Positions 56,350 through 64,000 of a DNA stretch of 64,000 nt are shown piece after piece. Under the pieces are notes generated by a model that did no database searches, was not told where the DNA came from, and saw only the letters and a list, made by a program, of their open reading frames with translations. The stretch's first letter is position 1. Each line of letters begins with the position of its first letter. The DNA is taken from contig CAZPAV010000009.1 in NCBI GenBank assembly GCA_964584755.1, forward strand, positions 358 to 64,357, read 5' to 3'. Source of the DNA: an uncultured Acidimicrobiaceae bacterium. GTDB taxonomy: Bacteria; Actinomycetota; Acidimicrobiia; Spongiisociales; UBA5794. Position numbers and translations under genes: made by a program.

Positions 56350-57963
56350 TCAGGCCGGTCGTACCCCAGGGAGGGGGGTGACGCATCGTCCCGCCCGCTC
56401 CGGCACGCCGGCGCGCAGGAGCCCGACGACGAGCCCGTCGCTCACGGCCTTCCACGAGGCGTCGATGATGTTCTGGTGGACACCGATCGTTCCCCAGCCA
56501 TGCACGCCGTCCGCGTGCCGGCAGAGGACCCGCACCCGGGCGCTCGTACCGTCCGAGGAGTCGAGGTCCCGCACCCGGTAGGCGGTGAGGCGGATCCGGT
56601 CGAGCTCGGGGTACGCGTCGCGGAGGGCGGCACGCAGGGCGCGGTCGAGCGCGCTGACGGGTCCGTCCCCCTCGCGGGTGGCGACGACCCGGCTCCCGTC
56701 GACGTGGACCTTCACGGTGGCCTCGGCGACGACGGCGTCGTCGCGGCGCTCGACGAAGATGCGGTACGACTCGAGGGCGAAGAACGCCTGCTCCCAGCCC
56801 CGGGCCCGCCGGACGAGGAGCTCGAAGCTCCCGTCGGCCGCCTCGAACTGGTACCCCTCGTGCTCCAGCTCCTTGATGCGATCCACCACCACCTGGGCCT
56901 CCTCGCCGCTGAGCTCGAGGCCCGACTCCCGGGCCTTGGCGAGCACCGTGGAGCGTCCGGCGAGCTCGGAGACGACGACCCGGGTGGCGTTCCCCACCCT
57001 GGCCGGGGGAAGGTGCTCGTAGGCGTCGGAGCGCCGGGCGAGGGCCGAGGTGTGGAGGCCGGCCTTGTGGGTGAACGCCGAGGCCCCCACGTAGGGGAGG
57101 TGCGGGTCGAGGGTGAGGTTCACCACCTCGGCGACGTGATGGGACACCGTGGTCAGTCGGGGGAGACGCTCCTCGGGGATGGTTGCCACCCCCATCTTCA
57201 GGGAGAGGTTGGGGATGATCGAGCAGAGGTCGGCGTTGCCGGTGCGCTCGCCGTACCCGTTCACGCACCCCTGGACCTGGGTGACGCCCAGGCGGACGGC
57301 GACGAGGGAGTTCCCCACCGCCAGCCCGGAGTCGTTGTGGAAGTGGCATCCGAACACGGCCTCGGGCAGGGCGTCGGTGACGGCGCCGACGATGCGCTCC
57401 ACGTCGTGGGGGAGGAAACCGCCGTTCGTGTCGCAGAGGACGAGCCGCTCGGCGCCGCTCTCGTGGGCGGCCCGGAGGACGGCGAGGGCGAACGCCGGGT
57501 TCGAGCGGTAGCCGTCGAAGAAGTGCTCGGCGTCGAAGAAGACCCGGCGGCCCAGGGAGCGGAGGTGGGCGACGGAGTCGGCGACCATCGCCACCGCCTC
57601 CTCGGGCGTGGTGCGGAGGGCGTGCTCGACGTGGTAGTCCCACGCCTTCCCCACCAGGCACACCACCTCGGTCCCGGCGGCGGCGAGCGCGGCGAGCTGC
57701 TCGTCCTCCGCGGCGGGTCGGTGGGCGCGGCGGGTCGCGCCGAACGCGACGAGCGTCGCCGTCTCGAGGTGGAGCTCGTCGCGGGCCCGGGCGAAGAACT
57801 CGTCGTCCTTGGGGTTGGCCCCGGGCCAGCCGCCCTCCACGAACGGGACCCCGAGGTCGTCGAGGAGACGGCACACCGTCAGCTTCTCGGCGACGGTGAG
57901 GGAGATGCCCTCCTGCTGGGTGCCGTCGCGCAGGGTGGTGTCGTAGATCTCGACGCTCGTCAT
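56350..57963 (-). CDS. cimA: Citramalate synthase
   Basis: YDTTLRDGTQQEG, GGWPGANPKD, FFDAEHFFDG, CDTNGG, GERTGNA, HKAGLH, SELAGRS. Confidence 0.93.
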   Translation of the reverse strand: MTSVEIYDTTLRDGTQQEGISLTVAEKLTVCRLLDDLGVPFVEGGWPGANPKDDEFFARARDELHLETATLVAFGATRRAHRPAAEDEQLAALAAAGTEVVCLVGKAWDYHVEHALRTTPEEAVAMVADSVAHLRSLGRRVFFDAEHFFDGYRSNPAFALAVLRAAHESGAERLVLCDTNGGFLPHDVERIVGAVTDALPEAVFGCHFHNDSGLAVGNSLVAVRLGVTQVQGCVNGYGERTGNADLCSIIPNLSLKMGVATIPEERLPRLTTVSHHVAEVVNLTLDPHLPYVGASAFTHKAGLHTSALARRSDAYEHLPPARVGNATRVVVSELAGRSTVLAKARESGLELSGEEAQVVVDRIKELEHEGYQFEAADGSFELLVRRARGWEQAFFALESYRIFVERRDDAVVAEATVKVHVDGSRVVATREGDGPVSALDRALRAALRDAYPELDRIRLTAYRVRDLDSSDGTSARVRVLCRHADGVHGWGTIGVHQNIIDASWKAVSDGLVVGLLRAGVPERAGRCVTPLPGVRPA

Positions 57964-57987
57964 GGTTGGGATCCTCCCCGGGATAGG

Positions 57988-58043
57988 AAAGACCCCCCGC
58001 TGGGCGGAGGGTCGTCAGCGCACACGCCGGGCGGCGTGTGCGC
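57988..58043 (-). terminator. Attenuator hairpins upstream of cimA
   Basis: Minus strand GCGCACACGCC-GCCC-GGCGTGTGCGC, then GACCCTCCGC-CCA-GCGGGGGGTC-TTT. Confidence 0.8.
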
Positions 58044-58079
58044 CTAGGTGATGATGATCGTCGTGGCGAGGTGGGCCAT
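58044..58079 (-). CDS. Ile/Thr-rich leader peptide MAHLATTIIIT
   Basis: ATG GCC CAC CTC GCC ACG ACG ATC ATC ATC ACC TAG immediately before the hairpins and cimA. Confidence 0.8.
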   Translation of the reverse strand: MAHLATTIIIT

Positions 58080-58186
58080 GGGAGGCGAGTATCCCCGGGG
58101 GGCCGGGCGGTGTCAAGCCGGGGCCCGTGGCGGGGCGTCGCGCCGCGGGCCTTGCCGGGGGTGGGGGTTCCCGGTAACCTCGGCCC

Positions 58187-58228
58187 ATGCGCACGGGACG
58201 CTCCTGGTGGTGGTCGCGGGAGAGTTGA
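58187..58228 (+). CDS. Trp-rich leader peptide MRTGRSWWWSRES
   Basis: ATG 6 nt after TAACCT (leaderless); three tandem TGG codons; upstream of trpS. Confidence 0.85.
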   Translation: MRTGRSWWWSRES

Positions 58229-58254
58229 GGCCGCGGCGCGCCAGGAACGAGACG

Positions 58255-58284
58255 AACGCCGGTGGCCTCCCGCCCCGGCGTTTT
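58255..58284 (+). terminator. trpS attenuator terminator
   Basis: AACGCCGG-TGGCCTCCCGCC-CCGGCGTT-TT; antiterminator GAGGCCGC(58227-34)/GTGGCCTC(58262-69) overlaps it. Confidence 0.8.
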
Positions 58285-58307
58285 CCCTTGGACGAAGGAG
58301 CATCGAC

Positions 58308-59297
58308 GTGGACGGACGCAAGAAGGTGTTCTCGGGGGTCCAGCCCACCGGGAGCGTGCATCTGGGCAACTACCTGGGCGCGTTCCGCAACTGGGTGGCC
58401 CTCCAGGATCGGTACGACCCCATCTACTGCATCGTCGACCTCCACGGGATGACCGTGCCCTACGACCCCGTCGAGTACCGCCGGGCGCGCCTGGCGACCG
58501 CCAAGGTGCTCCTCGCCGTGGGGATCGACCCGGAGCGGTCCTTGTTCTACATGCAGTCCCAGGTCCCCCAGCACGCCGAGCTGGCGTGGATCCTCGGGAC
58601 GCTCACCCCCACCGGCGTCCTCAACCGGATGACCCAGTACAAGGACAAGCTCGCCACCGGCGCCCCGGCCAACCTCGGCCTGTACTCGTACCCGGTCCTC
58701 ATGGCCGCCGACATCCTCCTCTTCCGGGCCCACCTCGTTCCGGTGGGGGAGGACCAGAAGCAGCACCTCGAGATGACGCGGGACCTCGCCGAGCGGTTCA
58801 ATCGCCGGTACGGCGACGTGTTCCCGATCCCGGAGCCCCTCATCCCCGAGACGGCGGCCCGCGTCATGTCCCTCACCGAGCCCACCGCGAAGATGTCCAA
58901 GAGCGACCCCGCCGAACGCTCCCGCATCCTCGTGCTCGACTCCCCCGACGCGATCCGCAAGAAGATCCGCAGCGCCGTGACCGACTCGGAGCCGACGGTG
59001 CGCTACGACCTCGAGGAGAAGCCGGGCATCTCGAACCTCCTCGAGATCATGGCGGCGTGCACCGGCCGTACGATCGACGACCTCGTGGCCGAGTACCACG
59101 ACGGCGGGTACGGTCGGTTCAAGGAGGCCGTCGCCGAGGCGGTGACCACGACGCTGGCCCCGGTTCGGGCCGCCTACCGGGAGCTCGAGGACGGCGACGT
59201 CGCCCGCATCCTCCAGAAGGGGGCCCTCGACGCCCGCACCCAGGCGGAGGGGTTTCAGGCCGAGGTGCGCCGGGCGGTGGGGCTCGACCGTTTCTGA
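58308..59297 (+). CDS. trpS: Tryptophan-tRNA ligase
   Basis: FSGVQPTG, HLGNY, YPVLMAADIL, VPVGEDQKQH, KMSKS. Confidence 0.98.
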   Translation: MDGRKKVFSGVQPTGSVHLGNYLGAFRNWVALQDRYDPIYCIVDLHGMTVPYDPVEYRRARLATAKVLLAVGIDPERSLFYMQSQVPQHAELAWILGTLTPTGVLNRMTQYKDKLATGAPANLGLYSYPVLMAADILLFRAHLVPVGEDQKQHLEMTRDLAERFNRRYGDVFPIPEPLIPETAARVMSLTEPTAKMSKSDPAERSRILVLDSPDAIRKKIRSAVTDSEPTVRYDLEEKPGISNLLEIMAACTGRTIDDLVAEYHDGGYGRFKEAVAEAVTTTLAPVRAAYRELEDGDVARILQKGALDARTQAEGFQAEVRRAVGLDRF

Positions 59298-59397
59298 GGT
59301 CGTGACGTCCGCCGGGTCGCCGGTCGCCCGAGCGGGCGGGGGGCGGCGCGCCGTCACCGGGACGGTGCGCCGGGCGCGACTCCCTATCCTCCCGGAG

Positions 59398-60600
59398 ATG
59401 GAGCTCGGAGGCGTACCGCGTCAGGGGGGAGCGATCCTCGTTCGGGTCTCCGGCGCCGACCGTCCCGGCATCACCGCCGGTCTCCTGGAGATCATCGCCG
59501 ACGCCGGCGGCATGGTCCTCGACATGGAGCAGGTCCGGATTCGGAACCGCCTCACCCTCGGGGTCCTCGTCGAGCTCGACGAGGCGGACCGGGCGCTCAA
59601 GGAGCTCCTCTACTACGGGTGGGCGCGGGGACTCGCCGTCGACTTCGAGGTCGTCGAGGAGGAGCCTCTGCCGCTGCGTCGCCGTTGGGTGGCGACGATC
59701 ATCGGCAAGGAGCTCCCCGCGGCGGCCCTCGCCGCCGCGGCGGGGGCCATCGCCGCCGCGGGGACGAACATCGACCGCATCGTGCGGCTCTCCACCTACC
59801 CCGTCGTGTCCTTCCAGCTCGAGGTGTCGGGCGGCGACGGGGAACGGCTCCGTGCCGGGCTCATGGGGGTGGCGGCCGATCACGGGATCGACGTCGCCCT
59901 GCAACGGGAGGGACTGCAACGTCGCGCCAAGCGACTCGTCGTCCTCGACGTGGACTCCACCCTCGTCCAGGACGAGATCATCGACCTCCTCGCCGACGAG
60001 GTCGGGGTGCGGGCCGAGGTCGAGGCCCTCACCGCCGCCGCGATGCGCGGCGACGCCGACTTCGGAGAGACGCTGCGGGCCCGGGTGCGTCTCCTCGCCG
60101 GAACCGCGGAGGAGGTGCTGGAGCGGGTGGCGGGACGGATCCGCCTCACCCCCGGAGCGCGCACCTTCGTCCGCACCCTGCAGCGACTCGGGTACGAGGT
60201 CGCCATCGTCTCGGGCGGGTTCTCGTTCTTCACCGACCGTCTCGCCGCCCAGCTCGGCATCGCCCACGCCTACGCCAACCGGCTCGAGACCGACGCCACG
60301 GGCCGGCTCACCGGCGCGGTCGTCGAGCCGCTCGTCGACCGGGCGGCGAAGGCGGCGCTGCTGCGACGGATCGCCGCCGAGGTGGGCGTGCCCCTCGAGC
60401 AGGTCGTCGCGGTCGGCGACGGGGCGAACGACCTCGACATGCTCGCCGCGGCCGGGCTGGGCATCGCCTTCAACGCCAAGCCGTCGGTGCGGGCGGCGGC
60501 CGACACCGCCCTGTCGGTCCCCTACCTCGACGCGGTCCTCTTCGTGCTCGGGATCCGGCGCGAGGACGTGGAGGTGGCCGATCTCGAGAGCGGCATCTGA
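59398..60600 (+). CDS. serB: Phosphoserine phosphatase with N-terminal ACT domains
   Basis: [34 protein letters not shown]; ATG 7 nt after TATCCT. Confidence 0.95.
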   Translation: MELGGVPRQGGAILVRVSGADRPGITAGLLEIIADAGGMVLDMEQVRIRNRLTLGVLVELDEADRALKELLYYGWARGLAVDFEVVEEEPLPLRRRWVATIIGKELPAAALAAAAGAIAAAGTNIDRIVRLSTYPVVSFQLEVSGGDGERLRAGLMGVAADHGIDVALQREGLQRRAKRLVVLDVDSTLVQDEIIDLLADEVGVRAEVEALTAAAMRGDADFGETLRARVRLLAGTAEEVLERVAGRIRLTPGARTFVRTLQRLGYEVAIVSGGFSFFTDRLAAQLGIAHAYANRLETDATGRLTGAVVEPLVDRAAKAALLRRIAAEVGVPLEQVVAVGDGANDLDMLAAAGLGIAFNAKPSVRAAADTALSVPYLDAVLFVLGIRREDVEVADLESGI

Positions 60601-60683
60601 GCCGGGAGGCGGCAGGGCCGGAACGCACCCCCGGACGACTACCCTCGGGGCATCGCCGGCGCCGAAGCGGAGGTGGTCGCCTC

Positions 60684-61841
60684 GTGGAGATCGAGATCGG
60701 AATGGCGAAGACCGGGCGCAGGGCCTGGGGCTTCGACGACATCGCCATCGTCCCCTCCCGACGGACCCGCGATCCCGACGACATCGACCTGACCTGGGAG
60801 ATCGACGCCTTCACCTTCGCCCTGCCGATGATGGCCTCGGCCATGGACTCGGCGGTGAGCCCGGCCACCGCCGTCGCCATCGGGCGACTCGGTGGACTGG
60901 GGGTCCTCAACCTCGAGGGTCTGTGGACCCGGTACGAGGATCCCACGCCGGTGTACGAGGAGATCGCCGCCCTCCCCAAGGAGAAGGCCACCCGGCGCAT
61001 GCAGGAGCTGTACCGGGAGCCGGTGAAGCCCGAGCTGGTGGGCCGGCGCGTCGAGGAGATGAAGCAGGGGGGTGTCGTCGCCGCCGGGAGCCTCACTCCC
61101 CAGCACGTCGCCGAGTACGTCGGTCACGCCAAGGCGGCCGGCCTCGACGTGCTCGTCATCCAGGGAACGGTCGTCTCCGCCGAGCACGTCTCGAGCCGCG
61201 CCGAGCCCCTGGACCTCTTCCGCTTCATCCGGGACATCGAGATGCCGGTCATCGTGGGCGGCTGTGCCTCGTACCCGGGCGCGCTCCACCTCATGCGCAC
61301 CGGCGCGGTCGGCGTGCTCGTCGGCGTCGGTCCCGGGGCGGCGTGCACCACCCGGGGCGTCCTCGGCGTCGGGGTGCCGCAGGCCACCGCCATCGCCGAC
61401 GCGGCCGGGGCCCGCACCCGGTATCTCGAGGAGACGGGCCGGTACGTGCACGTCATCGCCGACGGCGGCATGCGCACCGGCGGCGACGTGGCCAAGGCCA
61501 TCGCCTGCGGCGCGGACGCGGTGATGCTCGGGTCGCCGATCGCGGCGGCGGAGGAGGCGCCGGCGGGCGGGTACCACTGGGGGATGGCGACGTTCCATCC
61601 GACCCTCCCCCGAGGCTCCCGGGTGCACGTCGGGACGCTGGGCACCCTCGAGGAGATCCTCGTCGGTCCCGCCCACGAGAACGACGGCCGGCGCAACCTC
61701 TTCGGCGGGTTGCGTGGCGCCATGGCCCTGACGGGGTACGCCTCGGTGAAGGAGTTCCAGAAGGCCGAGGTGATGGTGGCCCCCTCCCTCCAGACGGAGG
61801 GGAAGGCGCTGCAGCGCTCCCAGGGCGTGGGGATGGGGTGA
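60684..61841 (+). CDS. GuaB3-family IMP dehydrogenase-related protein
   Basis: EIEIG...[46 protein letters not shown]. Confidence 0.92.
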   Translation: MEIEIGMAKTGRRAWGFDDIAIVPSRRTRDPDDIDLTWEIDAFTFALPMMASAMDSAVSPATAVAIGRLGGLGVLNLEGLWTRYEDPTPVYEEIAALPKEKATRRMQELYREPVKPELVGRRVEEMKQGGVVAAGSLTPQHVAEYVGHAKAAGLDVLVIQGTVVSAEHVSSRAEPLDLFRFIRDIEMPVIVGGCASYPGALHLMRTGAVGVLVGVGPGAACTTRGVLGVGVPQATAIADAAGARTRYLEETGRYVHVIADGGMRTGGDVAKAIACGADAVMLGSPIAAAEEAPAGGYHWGMATFHPTLPRGSRVHVGTLGTLEEILVGPAHENDGRRNLFGGLRGAMALTGYASVKEFQKAEVMVAPSLQTEGKALQRSQGVGMG

Positions 61842-63409
61842 TGCCGGCGGCGGGACCGGGGGGGCAGGCGTCCTCGAGGGAGTTCGACCGGGTCCTCGTC
61901 GTCGATCTCGGTGCCCAGTACGCGCAGCTCATCGCCCGGCGGATCCGGGAGGCCCACGTCCTCTCGGAGATCGTCCCCCGGGACGTCACGGCCGCCGCGG
62001 CGGCGGCGCGCCGTCCGGTGGGGATCGTGCTCTCGGGTGGTCCCGCCTCGGTGTACGCCGACGGCGCCTACGACGTCGATCCCGGGCTCCTCGCCCTCGA
62101 CGTGCCGATCCTCGGGATCTGCTACGGACACCAGCTCCTCGCCCGGGACCTGGGCGGGACGGTTCGGCGCAACGACGTCGCCGAGTACGGCGGCACCGAC
62201 CTGACGGTGGCGGGTCCGTCGGTCCTCTTCCGGGACCTGCCGGAGCGGCAACGCGTCTGGATGAGTCATCGCGACGCGGTCACGACCCCGCCGCCCGGCT
62301 TCCGGGTCACGGCGGGGACGGAGGCGGTACCGGTGGCGGCCATGGAGGATCCCGAGCGGCGTCGCTACGGCGTCCAGTTTCATCCCGAGGTGGCCCACAC
62401 GGCGTGGGGCCGGGAGGTGCTCAAGCGGTTCCTCCTCGACGTCTGCGGCGCCCGACCCACGTGGACGCCGGTGAACGTCATCGAGCGGTCGGTGGAGGCG
62501 ATCCGGGAGGCCGTCGGACCCGGGACGGTCCTCTGCGGTCTCTCCGGGGGCGTCGACTCGGCGGTGGCGGCCGCGCTGGTGCACCGCGCCGTGGGGGACC
62601 AGCTCGTGTGCGTCTTCGTCGACCACGGGCTGCTGCGGGCGGGCGAGGCGGAGCAGGTCGACGAGACCTTCCGCCGGATCTTCGACGTTCGCCTCGTGCA
62701 CGTGAAGGCCCAGGACCGCTTCCTCGACGCCCTCGCCGGGGTCACCGATCCCGAGGAGAAGCGGAAGATCATCGGCGAGACGTTCATCCGGGTCTTCGAG
62801 GAGGTCGCCGCCGGCGTGGCCGACGCCCGGTACCTCGTCCAGGGAACGCTGTACCCCGACGTCATCGAGTCGGGCACGAAGGACGCGGCGAGGATCAAGT
62901 CACACCACAACGTGGGCGGGTTGCCCGACGACATGGCGTTCGATCTCGTGGAGCCCCTCCGCGACCTCTTCAAGGACGAGGTGCGGGCCATCGGCGAGGA
63001 GCTCGGGCTCCCCGAGGAGATCGTGTGGCGCCAGCCGTTCCCGGGTCCGGGCCTGGCGGTGCGGATCATCGGGGAGGTGACCCGGGAGCGCCTCGAGATC
63101 CTGCGCCGGGCCGACGCCATCGTCCTGGAGGAGATCCGCCGGGCCGGTCTCGCCCGGGAGTTGTGGCAGTACTTCGGGGTGCTGCCGGCGATCCGCAGCG
63201 TCGGCGTGCAGGGCGACGGCCGTACCTACGCCCATCCGCTGATCGTTCGGGCGGTCACCTCCGACGACGCCATGACCGCCGACTGGGCCCGGCTCCCCTA
63301 CGAGGTGCTCGAGCGGATCTCGTCGCGGGTGATCAACGAGGTTCCCGGCATCAACCGGGTGGCGTACGACGTCTCGTCGAAGCCCCCGGCGACGATCGAG
63401 TGGGAGTGA
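61841..63409 (+). CDS. guaA: GMP synthase (glutamine-hydrolysing)
   Basis: [47 protein letters not shown]. Confidence 0.98.
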   Translation: MPAAGPGGQASSREFDRVLVVDLGAQYAQLIARRIREAHVLSEIVPRDVTAAAAAARRPVGIVLSGGPASVYADGAYDVDPGLLALDVPILGICYGHQLLARDLGGTVRRNDVAEYGGTDLTVAGPSVLFRDLPERQRVWMSHRDAVTTPPPGFRVTAGTEAVPVAAMEDPERRRYGVQFHPEVAHTAWGREVLKRFLLDVCGARPTWTPVNVIERSVEAIREAVGPGTVLCGLSGGVDSAVAAALVHRAVGDQLVCVFVDHGLLRAGEAEQVDETFRRIFDVRLVHVKAQDRFLDALAGVTDPEEKRKIIGETFIRVFEEVAAGVADARYLVQGTLYPDVIESGTKDAARIKSHHNVGGLPDDMAFDLVEPLRDLFKDEVRAIGEELGLPEEIVWRQPFPGPGLAVRIIGEVTRERLEILRRADAIVLEEIRRAGLARELWQYFGVLPAIRSVGVQGDGRTYAHPLIVRAVTSDDAMTADWARLPYEVLERISSRVINEVPGINRVAYDVSSKPPATIEWE

Positions 63410-63465
63410 CGGCCGCGACGACGGCGACCTCGTCCCCACCGTGCTCCGAGGCGGAGGCGGACCGC

Positions 63466-64000
63466 TCAACCCACGGCGTGGCGGAGGCCGGCAGCGGCCG
63501 CGGCGTCGAAGCGGCGCCGCCACGTCGAGCGGCGCGCCATCCGGGCCACATAGGCGTGGCGGGCCCGTTTCCCGGGGAGATGGTCGGGAACGGCCGGTAC
63601 GTCGTCGTAGATGGCGGCGAACCAGGCCCGGATGGCGTTGAGGGCTTCGGTGCGGATCTGGGACACCCGAGCCTCGGTGACCCCCAGCTCCGCGGCGATG
63701 TCCTGGAGGAGCTCCCCGGCGAAGTACGAGCGCCGGATGACCTCGCCGTGCACCCCCGGGAGGTTCGCCACCGCCTCCTGCAGGGTGCCGAGCAGCTCAC
63801 GCTCCTCGACGGCGAGGTCGGGGCGGGTGTCGGTCGCCTCGTCGGGGATCGAGTCGCGCAGGGCCGGCCCCTCCCCCTCGTGGTCGAGGGAGAGGACCGT
63901 GCCGCGCTGCGATCCGGCGCGGATCTCCTCGAGGGCGGCGACGGTGACCCCGAGGCGGCCGGCGAGCTCGGCGTCGGTGGGTCCCCGTCCCGTCGCCTCG
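63466..64000 (-). CDS. FliA/WhiG-family sigma factor, 5'-partial, with C-terminal extension
   Basis: Region 3 GRGPTDAELAGRLG...VLSLD; region 4 LQDIAAELGVTEARVSQIR. Confidence 0.85.
   Translation of the reverse strand, partial: EATGRGPTDAELAGRLGVTVAALEEIRAGSQRGTVLSLDHEGEGPALRDSIPDEATDTRPDLAVEERELLGTLQEAVANLPGVHGEVIRRSYFAGELLQDIAAELGVTEARVSQIRTEALNAIRAWFAAIYDDVPAVPDHLPGKRARHAYVARMARRSTWRRRFDAAAAAGLRHAVG

Overview
Very GC-rich bacterial DNA. Gene order and leaderless-type promoters point to Actinomycetota, plausibly Acidimicrobiia (inference). Both ends are housekeeping. Left end: nnr-alr-peptidase-udg-tsaE-tsaB-rimI-tsaD-M50 protease, then groES-groEL with tandem CIRCE. Right end: amtB-glnB-glnD with a GlnR box, cimA, trpS, serB, guaB3-guaA and a partial FliA/WhiG sigma factor. 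The middle (~14.8-52.3 kb) is an anaerobic aromatic-catabolism cluster. It contains a four-subunit class I benzoyl-CoA reductase (bcrCBAD-like) with an Oah-like ring hydrolase and a BadH-like dehydrogenase, phenylphosphate synthase-like ppsA/ppsB with a PpcB-like UbiD, UbiX and a HAD phosphatase, and 4-hydroxybenzoyl-CoA reductase-like hcrCAB. It also carries IorAB and KorABC 2-oxoacid oxidoreductases and several regulators with visible operator-like palindromes. The most novel element is two divergent operons that combine Bbs-like beta-oxidation genes (BbsAB-type thiolase, BbsD-like SDR, crotonase, family III CoA-transferase) with a LeuA-like synthase, LeuCD and a PrpF isomerase. No LeuB, acyl-CoA dehydrogenase (BbsG) or benzylsuccinate synthase lies in the window. 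I infer an undescribed arylpyruvate -> arylmethylmalate -> arylmethylmaleate -> arylitaconate -> aroyl-CoA route. Other observations: back-to-back leader-peptide attenuators (MAHLATTIIIT before cimA, MRTGRSWWWSRES before trpS), a CoA-transferase-fold pair apparently lacking the canonical catalytic Glu, an IorB-ferredoxin fusion and a candidate structured RNA before alr. I saw no rRNA, tRNA, CRISPR array or transposase. All homology calls rest on motifs I recognise by eye and on recalled reference sequences; no search was run.
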